This document shows, in pieces, positions 11,551-22,174 of a stretch of 64,000 nt of DNA (the first letter of the stretch is position 1; each line of letters starts with the position of its first letter). The DNA is taken from contig CAWIMJ010000012.1 of the NCBI GenBank assembly GCA_963837175.1, positions 128,001 to 192,000 on the forward strand, read 5' to 3'. The DNA is from an uncultured Nitrososphaeraceae archaeon. GTDB lineage: Archaea > Thermoproteota > Nitrososphaeria > Nitrososphaerales > Nitrososphaeraceae. A model generated the notes under the pieces. The model did no database searches, was not told where the DNA came from, and saw only the letters and a program-made list of their open reading frames with translations. Position numbers and translations under genes: made by a program.

Positions 11551-12690
11551 ATGTGTCTACTTATGAGAGATCTGCCTGCAAAACTTTATTGGATATCAAA
11601 GAATGAAGATGAAAATAAAAAAAAGCGGAAAAGATTAATTGTACGAAAAGACAAAAAACAGAACTCAAATTTACTTTTCCATTCAGATAACATTGATGCC
11701 ATGGATTATTTATTCAAACATGGCTTTTCAGAAACGATTGATCTCATATACATTGATCCTCCATTCTGGAGTGGTGAAAAATATTTTCATCGTATAAAAA
11801 ATGTTCAGAATGTTGCGTTTGAAGATGTATGGAAACGCCAAATAAACAACTATCTAGATATGATTTATCCAAGACTATGTGCAATTCAAAAACTCATCTC
11901 ACTATCTGGCTCAATATTTATTCATCTTGACTGGCACATTGTTCATTATGTAAAAATAATTATGGATGAAATCTTTGGACATGAAAATTTTCGAAATGAG
12001 ATCTTAGTTAAAAGAGGTCGACGGAAAAATCTGCTTTATCAATTTCAGTCTATTGATAGAATGCATAGCGCAAATGATACTATACTCTGGTATTCAAAAT
12101 CTGCGAATACAAAATTTTCGCATCCGTTAGCTAAGTATACTTCGAATTCAAAATGGATGGGATTCTGGAGCAATGTGAATAGACCTACTATGCGTTATGA
12201 TATATTCGGCATTGTTCCAGAAAGAGGACAGTGGAAATGGTGTAAATCTAGGGCTCTAAAAGCAATAGAAAACTACGATCTCTATAAAGAAAGATTTTCT
12301 TCTATTCCTTTGGAACAATATTGGATACAGACTAACAAAGAACTAGAATTTATTCGTAAGCGTGAAGGTGTAAAATATGCAGAATACTGGATCCCACCAA
12401 AAACTCACAGGGTTCTTGATAATGTTTGGATGGATATAGAGACATATAATTATTCAACAGGCTATGACACAGAAAAACACACAGAATTACTAGAAAGAAT
12501 TATTGGGCAATTTTCTAAAGTCGGAGATCTAGTTGCAGATTTCTTCTGTGGTTCAGGTACTACATTATTAGTAGCACAAAAATTGGCAAGAAAATGGATA
12601 GGATGTGATTCGTCTTTGTCGGCAATGGAGGTCACTAAACGAAGACTTGAAGATTCTAAATTTAGTTTAATCAATATTACTTCCTTATAG
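11551..12690 (+). CDS. Orphan amino-DNA methyltransferase (N6-A/N4-C, beta class, Mod-like)
   Basis: LIYIDPPF catalytic motif before DFFCGSGTT SAM-binding motif; GSIFIHLDWH and FRNEI motifs. Confidence 0.88.
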   Translation: MCLLMRDLPAKLYWISKNEDENKKKRKRLIVRKDKKQNSNLLFHSDNIDAMDYLFKHGFSETIDLIYIDPPFWSGEKYFHRIKNVQNVAFEDVWKRQINNYLDMIYPRLCAIQKLISLSGSIFIHLDWHIVHYVKIIMDEIFGHENFRNEILVKRGRRKNLLYQFQSIDRMHSANDTILWYSKSANTKFSHPLAKYTSNSKWMGFWSNVNRPTMRYDIFGIVPERGQWKWCKSRALKAIENYDLYKERFSSIPLEQYWIQTNKELEFIRKREGVKYAEYWIPPKTHRVLDNVWMDIETYNYSTGYDTEKHTELLERIIGQFSKVGDLVADFFCGSGTTLLVAQKLARKWIGCDSSLSAMEVTKRRLEDSKFSLINITSL

Positions 12691-12799
12691 TTAAGAATAT
12701 AAAAGAATGGTTTCAATCCAACAATACTTAATTACCTAGTGTTTACTTACTCGTTCGCAATACATAACGCACATTAAAGAGAATATTAATACAAAGAAT

Positions 12800-13231
12800 G
12801 TGGGTGTTCAAACAAAATCGGATTACGAAGCTTTACTAAAGCGTTTAGAAAATAAAATGGGTAATACATATAGAAAAGAAGCATCAAGACTCGAAATTCC
12901 TACTCCCCAGATTATTTGGGTTGGGCAACGTACTTTTTTTAGGAATTTCATGGAATTTCCTAAAGCCTTGAGAAGAGATCCAGAAAAATTACTACTTTAT
13001 CTCAATAAAGAACTCGCTTCTGCCGGTTATATTGCTGGTGAGCGAGTAATATTTCTTGGACGTAAAGAGCCATCATCCTTTGGAGCATTGATCGATAGAT
13101 ATATCAAGGACTATGTAATTTGCCCTGTTTGCGGAAGCCCGGATACTAGAACAGAGAAGAACAAAAAACTGGGATTTCTTCTATGTGAGGCGTGTGGGGC
13201 CAGATCTTCAATTAAAGGAAATTATGCCTAG
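12800..13231 (+). CDS. eif2b: Translation initiation factor aIF2 beta subunit
   Basis: YVICPVCGSPDT...LLCEACGA zinc ribbon; RRDPEKLLLYLNKELA. Confidence 0.93.
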   Translation: MGVQTKSDYEALLKRLENKMGNTYRKEASRLEIPTPQIIWVGQRTFFRNFMEFPKALRRDPEKLLLYLNKELASAGYIAGERVIFLGRKEPSSFGALIDRYIKDYVICPVCGSPDTRTEKNKKLGFLLCEACGARSSIKGNYA

Positions 13232-13552
13232 GTTAGGACTATTGTAATATTTGCGATTTACACAGTAGGAATAAACGAAAACACAATTGAGACTGATTGA
13301 CTGCTACAAAGCGTTTGCGATCTAGCTTAATAACAATATAATGCTCTGGAAGAAACTAATAGGATGACAAACCAGCTTAAATAAGTTAGACGTTCTAACG
13401 CATATACCATATTTACTGAAGAAATATAGATATTTATTAACTCCCCCTAGATTATCAAATGACAGTATGACTCTGTTGTCCATTGGTTAAATATAAAAGA
13501 AGAAAAATGAACTTCGTCTTAATCTATACAGTAAATATAAAAACTTGAATTA

Positions 13553-14746
13553 TCAAAAATTCTTTTCGAATAATACATTTAACTCATCCCCCTGTAATTT
13601 TGCTTTTGCAAGCTTCATACCTATAGTAGCAGTAGGTAATGGAATAATGTTAACAATATAGCCAACAGGATTTTTGACCTTTATAGTAAGTTGATCTCCA
13701 TGACGTTCTATATCAAAATCATCTTTCTCTGTAAATGGAACCTTGACTGTCATTCGTAATTTAGAATCCTCTGTTATAAATGAAAATGCCTTTCCATGAT
13801 AGAAGACCTGTGCGGGATCTTGATGTTCAAATATCAAGTCTCCATTTTTTTGTAGCATTTCGACTCCACGTAATTCATCGGCATGAAGTTTGATTTCCTT
13901 TATTGGAAGTGGATAGAAGTTTGCCTTTGCATCTTCAACCTTTGTTTTTTGAACAGCTGCCCAATTTGCATAATAATCATCAGGACTGCCTGGTGGTATG
14001 ATTTTATTTATTATAGCAAGGTCAACATTTATTCCATAAAGACTTGCAGACATAAATGCTCTTTTAGCATTCTCTATACTAAAGGTATCAGGATTTGCGA
14101 CTAACCTAATGCTTGTTATATTCTGGTTCCTAATAATATCTGACAGCACTTCCAGTCTATCCATTAGATCTATTTCATTTTGCAGAACATTTTGTGAAGG
14201 TACCGATATCTTTGATAGCGGCTGAAACATCCTGGCAACTCCACTAAACATTCCAAATAATCCAGTAAATTTTTTTCCAATACTTCCAACTAGCTTTGGA
14301 AAGTATAGGTATCGCAGTGCTTCTCCAGAGGCTGGCATATCAAGAACTACAGTATCAAATGTTTTCTCTCGTACAACTTCCTCAATTTTCAACAATGAAA
14401 ATAGCTGAGTCATTCCAGGCAACATAGCAATTTCATAAGCAAGTGTTTCATCAATACCTTTCGCAGAAAATATTGATGCTAAATAAGAGAGAATTGTATC
14501 GAATTGTTTGTTCATCTCAGTTACAGGATCCACCTGCAATGCATACATATTAGGAATCACCTCTTTTGATTCATATCCAATATCAGGCATCATAAATGCA
14601 TCGCTTAAAGTATGAGCAGGATCAGAGGAGATCAGCAAAGTCTTGTAATTTCTTTCAGCAAGTTTGATGGCAGTAGAACATGAAGTTACAGTTTTTCCAG
14701 TTCCCCCCTTACCAGTGTAAATTATTAGTCTCAATAAAGAAACCAT
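13553..14746 (-). CDS. ArsA/GET3-family ATPase with C-terminal HSP20-like domain
   Basis: TGKGGTGKT deviant Walker A, SSDPAHTLSD, DMPASG switch II, beta-rich C-terminus. Confidence 0.88.
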   Translation of the reverse strand: MVSLLRLIIYTGKGGTGKTVTSCSTAIKLAERNYKTLLISSDPAHTLSDAFMMPDIGYESKEVIPNMYALQVDPVTEMNKQFDTILSYLASIFSAKGIDETLAYEIAMLPGMTQLFSLLKIEEVVREKTFDTVVLDMPASGEALRYLYFPKLVGSIGKKFTGLFGMFSGVARMFQPLSKISVPSQNVLQNEIDLMDRLEVLSDIIRNQNITSIRLVANPDTFSIENAKRAFMSASLYGINVDLAIINKIIPPGSPDDYYANWAAVQKTKVEDAKANFYPLPIKEIKLHADELRGVEMLQKNGDLIFEHQDPAQVFYHGKAFSFITEDSKLRMTVKVPFTEKDDFDIERHGDQLTIKVKNPVGYIVNIIPLPTATIGMKLAKAKLQGDELNVLFEKNF

Positions 14747-14797
14747 TATTAGTAAAGTAATAAAAAAGTTTAGTAAGTCTAAATAAAAGAATGAAAT

Positions 14798-16024
14798 TTA
14801 GTCTACATATGCTCTTTCGGCATGTTGTGTGATGTCTAAACCAATATCTTCCTCTTCCTCTTTGACCTTCAATCCCATAGTTGCATTGATGATTTTCATA
14901 ATTACTATTGTTCCAACAAATCCTAATACTGCGGCTACTGCAACGCCGATAGCCTGAATTCCTAGTTGCATAGGATTCCCATATAGAAAACCCTCTGGAC
15001 CTGCAGGGTTTATCACAGTGCTGGCAATCACACCAATCGCCAAGGATCCAATTATGCCTGTAACACCGTGGACAGAACTGACATCTAATGCATCATCAAT
15101 TTTCAAATGCTCCTTTAAGAATATGATTGCGTAATATGATGCAAAACCCAGTATAATACCCAAAAAGAAAGAGTTCTGTGCGCTTATAAAACCTGATGCT
15201 GGTGTTACACCTGCTAATCCGGCTACAGCACCATTGATGGCTGCAGTTGTAGATGGCCTGCCTGCTCTTTTCCAGGAGAGAAGTATCCATATCACTGCAG
15301 ATGTTGCAGAAGCTATATGTGTCACAAGGAGTGTATTGGCAGCTAATGATCCCGATGCCAAAGCGCTTCCTGCATTGAATCCAAACCAGCCGATCCATAG
15401 CAATGTAGCACCAATAACGGCAAGTGGAATATTGTGAGGAACCATAATATCGGGTCCAAAATTCTTTCTCCTGCCTAATACAAGTGCCGCAGCAAGAGAA
15501 GCCATTCCTGCGCTAGTATGAATCACTATTCCGCCAGCAAAATCAAAAACTCCTAGATCCGCAAGCCAGCCTCTGCCCCAGATCCAATGGGCCAATGGAT
15601 AATAAATCAATATAGTCCACGCAATAATGAATACAAAAAATGAACTCCACTTCAATCTTTCAGCAAATGCGCCAGTAATAAGAAGTGGAGTAATAACTGC
15701 AAACATCATCTGATAGGATCCAAAAGTAACTCCCGGAATAGTTGGTGCATAGTCTACTGAATCATTAATTGGCACACCATTAAAAAATATCCAATCTAGC
15801 CCACCAATAAAACCTCCTTGCGAAGGAGCAAAAACAAGTGTAAAACCCATGATGAACCAAAGAACGGAAAGAATTGCAAGACCTGAGAAGGTTTGCATTA
15901 AAATAGAAAGAGAGTTTTTACTTCTTATTAGACCTGCTTCAAAAAAACCCAGAGCAGGAGTCATGAGCATGACAAGACCTGTTGAAATAAGCATCCATGT
16001 AGTATCTCCAGTATCTATTGGCAT
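14798..16024 (-). CDS. amt: Ammonium transporter
   Basis: DFAGGIVIH, WIGWFGFNAGS, DDALDVSSVHG with both conserved His; many TM helices. Confidence 0.96.
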   Translation of the reverse strand: MPIDTGDTTWMLISTGLVMLMTPALGFFEAGLIRSKNSLSILMQTFSGLAILSVLWFIMGFTLVFAPSQGGFIGGLDWIFFNGVPINDSVDYAPTIPGVTFGSYQMMFAVITPLLITGAFAERLKWSSFFVFIIAWTILIYYPLAHWIWGRGWLADLGVFDFAGGIVIHTSAGMASLAAALVLGRRKNFGPDIMVPHNIPLAVIGATLLWIGWFGFNAGSALASGSLAANTLLVTHIASATSAVIWILLSWKRAGRPSTTAAINGAVAGLAGVTPASGFISAQNSFFLGIILGFASYYAIIFLKEHLKIDDALDVSSVHGVTGIIGSLAIGVIASTVINPAGPEGFLYGNPMQLGIQAIGVAVAAVLGFVGTIVIMKIINATMGLKVKEEEEDIGLDITQHAERAYVD

Positions 16025-16216
16025 CCGTTCATCTATACAAAAATCTAACGTTATAAAAAAGTTTGGAGCTTATTATTGAAATATTTCATATAAAATTATC
16101 AAAGCGTAAATTCTTTAAGTGCTTTATTAAAATTGTCTACAATGCGTTCTATATCCAGGCGTTTCTTATAACGCAGTTAACGTATAATAGTAGGTAACCA
16201 GGTGATAATAGAATGA

Positions 16217-16348
16217 GCAGATGTGGCAGAGTGGTCTTCTTGGTGAAAGCAAAGAACATAATAATGCGTCGGCCTTGAGTCTCAATGGTTGAAAGCAAGC
16301 CGATTCGCCCTCGGGCGATCAGGAGTTCAAATCTCCTCATCTGCGCCA
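16217..16348 (+). tRNA. tRNA-Ser(UGA) with two introns (D-loop ~16236-16262; canonical 37/38 position 16280-16297), CCA encoded
   Basis: Acceptor GCAGATG/CATCTGC, discriminator G, CCA; anticodon stem TCGGC/GCCGA with CT-TGA-G; long variable arm TCGCC/GGCGA; T arm AGGAG-TTCAAAT-CTCCT. Confidence 0.85.
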
Positions 16349-16364
16349 TCTTTTCTTTTTATAT

Positions 16365-17468
16365 CTAAGATACTTTTCTAGCAGATTCCCTATGCTGTCT
16401 ATCCTCTATTTTTTGACTATGTTCAGATTTTATTCTTCTATCTAGTCTAGATATTAATTCCTTACAGGCACTTAATGGATCATAACCAATAGCCTTTGCA
16501 GCAACTACACCTTCAGTAGTGATTATCCTGGCTCTAACAGAATATTTATGTGTTTTATGCTTGTCGGCATATACTATCACAAGTAGGACGTTCTCGAGTT
16601 TTCCCTGAATTTTCTTTAAGAATCTTGTCATTTGTTCTTCTATTTCTTTGCGTGCTTCATCATTATCCAGATGAGCGATATGAATTGCAGGTTTGGTTAT
16701 TTTTGGAAGCGTCAGTTCTAGTGCATCTTTGGGAGTAACAATCCCAATTGGCCTTCTGTCCCCAACGATGACAATCTCCTCTACCTCTTCAAAATTATCT
16801 CTTACGTTGTTTAGACTTGTTCCCCTCTCGACTGATACTGTTCTTCTTCTCATAATGTCTTTAAGTTTGACTTCTCTAATGACAGCCATGGTTCCAATCC
16901 CTGGTGATTTTCCAGCTCTTTCTCTAGGTGTAGCAATAATTTTAGTGATATCTAAAGCATTTATAGTACCTGTTAGAATACCTCTTGAATTAATGACTGG
17001 AAGTCGCGAAATGTTATATCTACGCATTTTTGATAGCGCATTGCCTAATGTATCATCCTCCTCGATTACTATAGCTCCAGACATAACTTCATCTACTCTA
17101 GCATGACCAAAATCTGAAGTAAGTACTACATCAGTTTCGCTCACGATACTAATCAGTTTTCCGTTTTCAACAACAGGTAACGCACGATTTCCAGTTGCTA
17201 CAATTAATTGAGCGCATTTCTCAATATTATCGTCTGAACTCAGAACAGGCGTATTGACAACAAAACTCTTTAATTTTGAGGTAGGTGGAGCATTTACGTC
17301 AAGAAATTGCTTGGCATATATCATGCCTATATATTTAGCGTCAACATCATCATTTATTATTGGTATTTGATTAATATTGTTTTCATACATCAGATGCAAT
17401 GCTTTTGCAACTGAATCTTCTAAAGTCAGCATGAAAACTTTATCTACACTAATCTCAGAAACTTTCAT
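16365..17468 (-). CDS. Four-CBS-domain protein fused to a C-terminal HPF/RaiA-like domain (putative ribosome hibernation factor)
   Basis: CBS motifs NINQIPII, NRALPVVENGKLISIVSETDV, NISRLPVI...GTINALDI; C-terminus YSVRARIITTEGVVAAKAIGYDPLSACKELISRLDRRI is HPF-like; likely start MKVSEI at 17468. Confidence 0.78.
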   Translation of the reverse strand: MKVSEISVDKVFMLTLEDSVAKALHLMYENNINQIPIINDDVDAKYIGMIYAKQFLDVNAPPTSKLKSFVVNTPVLSSDDNIEKCAQLIVATGNRALPVVENGKLISIVSETDVVLTSDFGHARVDEVMSGAIVIEEDDTLGNALSKMRRYNISRLPVINSRGILTGTINALDITKIIATPRERAGKSPGIGTMAVIREVKLKDIMRRRTVSVERGTSLNNVRDNFEEVEEIVIVGDRRPIGIVTPKDALELTLPKITKPAIHIAHLDNDEARKEIEEQMTRFLKKIQGKLENVLLVIVYADKHKTHKYSVRARIITTEGVVAAKAIGYDPLSACKELISRLDRRIKSEHSQKIEDRQHRESARKVS

Positions 17469-17529
17469 TATGGATCTCTTGATCCTAGGGATTAGATTAA
17501 AAAACCTTACCATCTCTAACTAGCAATAT

Positions 17530-18651
17530 ATGAATGTACTCTTCATCATTATTGCCGCATTTGTAGTAATTGCTGTTAGTGCTGTGACAATTTTTGTAAC
17601 GCCATTTGATACTACTATTCCATTACCTTCGCCACCCGAGACTTTCAAGAATAATAAAAACGACACGAACAGCGGAGTACTTTTAGTAGCGCAGAATCTT
17701 GAAGTTCCTTGGGCAATTGACATTGCAAAAGATGGCAGAATTTTTTTTACTGAAAGAATAGGTAGAATAAGAATAATTGACGCCGAAGGTAAACTTATCG
17801 ATGAGCCTGCTGCAAATATTCGAGTTGAACAAACGGCCGAGGGTGGATTATTGGGTCTAGCATTGCATCCAAATTTTACCGAAAATCATCTTTTATATGT
17901 ATACTATACATACGCCAATAAAAGCAAGCTCTACAATAAAGTTCTAATGCTCACAGAAAAGAAAAATAAAATAATTGAATCAAAAGTGGTTATTGATTCA
18001 ATTCCAGGAGCGCAAGTTCATGATGGTGGAAGAATAAAGTTTGCCCCCGATGGGAAATTATACATATCAACTGGTGATGCAACTATTCCAGAGCTTGCAC
18101 AAAATACTAAATCGCTCGCAGGCAAGATTTTGCGACTTAATTCAGATGGAACCATTCCTGATGATAATCCTTTTCAGGGGTCACCGGTGTATTCTTATGG
18201 TCATAGAAATGTTCAAGGAATGGCATGGCATTCTAAAACAAAACAGCTCTATGCTACAGAACATGGTCCTTCTGGCAACGATGAAATCAATATCATAAAA
18301 GCGGGCTCGAATTATGGATGGCCAATAGAAGAATGCAAAGGCTCAGGCCAATTTGAGGCACCAGAGTTTTGTTTTAATCCTGCTATTGCTCCAACAGGAG
18401 TCACAATTCCTGCTAATGATAAGCTTGGATACCAAAATGATCTCATTTTCACTACCTTAAAGGGTTCACATTTACGAGATATAGATTTGAAATCTAGAAC
18501 TCAAAGTAACATACTCGTTGGTTATGGTAGATTACGAGATGTTATTGAGGCACATGATGGCTCATTGTTAGTTCTTACTAGCAATAAAGATGGGAGGGGT
18601 ACCACTCAGACAAATGATGATAAGATCTTAAGAATTCTCAAGCCTGATTAA
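17530..18651 (+). CDS. PQQ-dependent soluble aldose sugar dehydrogenase family (GSDH), membrane-anchored
   Basis: EGGLLGLALHPNF, HDGGRIKFAPDGKLYISTGD, YGHRNVQG, NYGWP, GRLRDV; N-terminal hydrophobic anchor. Confidence 0.9.
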   Translation: MNVLFIIIAAFVVIAVSAVTIFVTPFDTTIPLPSPPETFKNNKNDTNSGVLLVAQNLEVPWAIDIAKDGRIFFTERIGRIRIIDAEGKLIDEPAANIRVEQTAEGGLLGLALHPNFTENHLLYVYYTYANKSKLYNKVLMLTEKKNKIIESKVVIDSIPGAQVHDGGRIKFAPDGKLYISTGDATIPELAQNTKSLAGKILRLNSDGTIPDDNPFQGSPVYSYGHRNVQGMAWHSKTKQLYATEHGPSGNDEINIIKAGSNYGWPIEECKGSGQFEAPEFCFNPAIAPTGVTIPANDKLGYQNDLIFTTLKGSHLRDIDLKSRTQSNILVGYGRLRDVIEAHDGSLLVLTSNKDGRGTTQTNDDKILRILKPD

Positions 18652-18998
18652 TTGATATAGTTAATGAAGCAAAAATGAAATTTTTCCTTATAGTAATAAT
18701 AAACGGTACTGATTTACTAATTTGAATTTCTTTTATAATTTAACCGAATTTGTCTTGGAAGGAAGGGAAACAAGTCCTATGAAGCAAGAGAAAAAAGGCA
18801 AGCATCAATAGGATGTGATTAAAAGTCTTACATGTATAGATGACACGGGTAGCAAATATGAACAAGATGCCGCAAGAAAAAACAAATAACCAAAGAATAC
18901 CTTTTAATATTTACTCTTTCTTCTTTCTTCTATTATTTTTTTCACAATAGATCAGTACATTTTTAACTTTGTAATTGAAATAACTATTGGTTTTAAAG

Positions 18999-19311
18999 TT
19001 AGGCAAAAGAAAAGTACTCAATGAAAGCAGCACTAAAGGAAATGGTCATACCACAGAAAGGAGAAATGCTTGGTCGTGTTATCAAACTTGTTGGAGGTGA
19101 TAACATCATTGTCAAGTGTACTGATGGTAAGGTAAGGACGTGTCGTATTCGTGGAAAGATTAAGCGCAGAATGTGGATCAGAGATAATGATCTGGTACTT
19201 GTTGCCCCTTGGGATTTCCAGTCTGACAAAGCTGATATTGTATGGAGATACATCTCCGCTCATGCAGATAAACTAGAACAGGAAGGTCACCTCGTAGGGC
19301 TTCAGAAATAA
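18999..19311 (+). CDS. eif1a: Translation initiation factor aIF1A (probable +1 frameshift near 19029; start uncertain)
   Basis: CTDGKVRTCRIRGKIKRRMWIRDNDLVLVAPWDFQSDKADIVWRY; upstream GKRKVLNES lies in another frame. Confidence 0.92.
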
Positions 19312-19439
19312 TAAAAATTCATGGCAAATGAATATTTATCTATTATGATAAAAATAGGAATAAGCATAATACTTGATTATTGCTGATGCTACTAATGCAG
19401 CCATTAAAGATTAATACTTCATGATCTGATATTCACTAT

Positions 19440-19682
19440 GTGCCCACAGCATATGCATTAATTAATTGTGATCTTGGTTCTGAGCAAGAAATTATCAGTG
19501 AATTGAGGAAAATACCTGAGGTGACAGAGGTTAATGAAGTATATGGCGTCTATGACATAATTGCAAAAGTTAAATCAGATACAATAGATAAATTAAGAGA
19601 AATTATTACTTGGCATATAAGGAGAATTGATAAAATTAAAGCATCATTGACCATGATTGTAATTGAAGATCAGCAGAGTTAG
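19440..19682 (+). CDS. Lrp/AsnC ligand-binding-domain protein (stand-alone RAM domain)
   Basis: AYALINCDLG...EVYGVYDIIAKV...IRRIDKIKASLTMIV. Confidence 0.88.
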   Translation: MPTAYALINCDLGSEQEIISELRKIPEVTEVNEVYGVYDIIAKVKSDTIDKLREIITWHIRRIDKIKASLTMIVIEDQQS

Positions 19683-20189
19683 ACATGTGCAGAAAGGATT
19701 TGGCAAGAGCCGGATAGTATTCAAAGAATCTAATCGGTGTCTTTATAATCTTTTTAGGCCATTTTGTAAAACTAAGACCCTTTTTATCTACTTGGTTGAT
19801 AATTCAGATGTGGATTAACAACAGAAACTTGTCTTTTTTACCTTGTCGTTAATGACTTTTTAGCAAACCCTAACTAATATGTAACCTATCTATTTGTTTT
19901 GAAAGAGCTAATTTGTCTTTAAACTAGATTGACACTAAGGGCATGACACCGAACTAATTTTATATTTCTAGTCATAAGTACTTAATTAAAAGCGTCATGT
20001 GTAATTTCACATATTAAAAAGATAATCGAATAATTTTTTGGCTCACAGATATCTATCAGCTTCAGTAGTACCGTATTAATAATAGATTTAAGTATATTAT
20101 GAGGTGCATTGGTTTTATGATCTAATGTGGTTATAAAAATTTAACATTTGATTACAATTACTATTTAATATCAAAATATCAGCATTGCA

Positions 20190-20567
20190 TCATTTTATTA
20201 ACCCTTTATAAGAGTTAATCAAAATCGGATCTACCACACCTTGAACTACAAAGGATTTTCCTGTAGATAGTTTTATATCCATTGCAACAGCACTATAAGG
20301 AATATCAAAAAGTCCAATTTTTTCTTGCTCAGTTGTTTCATAACATTTTCTACACATTCCGCTATCACAAGAGAATCCATAGATTCTGTTAATTATTCTG
20401 CTTCCAGATCCAGCTGCTCTTCCTCCGGCGGATCCGGATGATTCTTCGACCATCAAAATGAAAACCTCATTTCTGGCGTTAAGTCCAAGATCAATATCAT
20501 ATTGAGCTACTACAAGTTTCCTTTGAGGTAACTGCAATATCTCATCAATAGACTCTTCTTTTAACAT
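20190..20567 (-). CDS. Conserved hypothetical protein
   Basis: 125-aa ORF with GSAGGRAAGSG glycine loop; no function recognised. Confidence 0.65.
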   Translation of the reverse strand: MLKEESIDEILQLPQRKLVVAQYDIDLGLNARNEVFILMVEESSGSAGGRAAGSGSRIINRIYGFSCDSGMCRKCYETTEQEKIGLFDIPYSAVAMDIKLSTGKSFVVQGVVDPILINSYKGLIK

Positions 20568-20960
20568 AAATTATCTATCCTTATAATTTTTGTTTGTATA
20601 GATATTATGGATTACGATGCTACTTTAATAATTATCATCATCGGCGAAATATAGATTCTTATATTAAAATATCTCCAAGGACGTTTCTTTGACGGGATCA
20701 TCAAACCGAATAAAAATTTCTATAAATTCTAAATTATCTCGTCTGTATGAAAGCTATGCACGTAATGCCATTTCTATTGATGATTTGACTTGCCAAGATG
20801 GAGAGAGTATTATGCAGGTTATTTAGAAATTATATAATAGTAATTATCGCAACACGATCCATCATATGCAAAAATCGATTTAATTGTCTATAAATAATCA
20901 ACTAGATATTAAATTATTATTAGCCATTTAAAAAAACCATACAATTTTTAATATGGTATA

Positions 20961-21527
20961 ATGCTCAAAGATTATAGTATGGTAAAGACATATTCAAGTC
21001 AAACTCTAAAAACTGGTGAGACTGCACCAGATTTTAAACTGAGAGATGTTGAAGACAAAGCCTATTCTCTTCATGATTTTACAAGTAAATCATTGCTTGT
21101 AGTATTCATATGCAACCATTGTCCTTATGTCAAGGCAAGAATTGGAGATATTATAGATTTGCAATCTAAGTTCAAAACTTCTGAATTACAAGTAGTAGGT
21201 ATTAACAGCAACGATCCTGATTATGTAGAAGAAGGTTTTGATAATATGATAAAATTTGCAAAGCAACAGAGATTAAATTTTCCATATTTGATTGACGATA
21301 CTCAAGATATCGCTAAATCATATGGAGCCGTTTGTACACCGGATCCATTTCTATTTGATGATCAACGGAGACTGGTTTTCCATGGCAGAATTAACGATGC
21401 AGTTGAGCCTGAAATGACACCGAAAATTCAAGTCATGGAAAATAATATACGGAAAATTCTGAAAGGGGAAAAAATAGAAAAGGATTTCGATCCATCTATT
21501 GGATGTTCAATCAAATGGAAAAGTTAG
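20961..21527 (+). CDS. Thioredoxin-like AhpC/TSA family protein
   Basis: APDFKL, FICNHCPYV, VGINSND, GAVCTPD, SIGCSIKWK. Confidence 0.9.
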   Translation: MLKDYSMVKTYSSQTLKTGETAPDFKLRDVEDKAYSLHDFTSKSLLVVFICNHCPYVKARIGDIIDLQSKFKTSELQVVGINSNDPDYVEEGFDNMIKFAKQQRLNFPYLIDDTQDIAKSYGAVCTPDPFLFDDQRRLVFHGRINDAVEPEMTPKIQVMENNIRKILKGEKIEKDFDPSIGCSIKWKS

Positions 21528-22174
21528 TTTTTATAATATTAGTAATTTACTATTCTTCAACATATCAAATAGTATCTTTACAGCAGTAATGACATAGATA
21601 TGACACGTGAGATCCTACATTTTCTTCTTTTTTTCGAAAAGTTAAGTTAATTTAATTTAAAAGCTCTTCTTCTTCATGTATTATCTTCATTGAAATATCT
21701 GAAACATTACCAGCAAGTCAACATCTGCATTAGAAGGGACTCTTAACTATAAAATAAATATTATCAGCATTCAAAATAAATAGTCAAATTCAATACCAAT
21801 TCTCCATTAATATCAGTCCTATCACTTCTCTACATTACTAACAGTATAGTAGCAAATGCTAATTGGACAAGAATCAGCAATAGAAGAGCAAAAGCAGTAG
21901 TAATAGTGCCAGCAAGCAGTGAGAACATCTTAATCCACAGTAAAAAGAACTTCATTAGTTTGTGAATAATTACTCATTATGTTATTCCAAAAAAAGCGTA
22001 GATGTGTTTCCGCCTGTTATAATTTGACATCTCGTTATTCATCTTTTAGCTTATTCAATTTTATAAATATCAAAGTCTGCTGATCGACAAAGACTTGGAT
22101 AAATTAATCAGATAATTAATTATCATATCGATAAACTATTGATATACATATGTATATAGTTATAAAACACTTAC

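Noticed and set aside
16149-16349. 66-aa minus-strand ORF
   Set aside because: Antisense to the tRNA-Ser gene.
21700-21960. Signal-peptide-like minus-strand ORF fragment
   Set aside because: Interrupted by stops after about 40 codons and no family recognised; probably debris.
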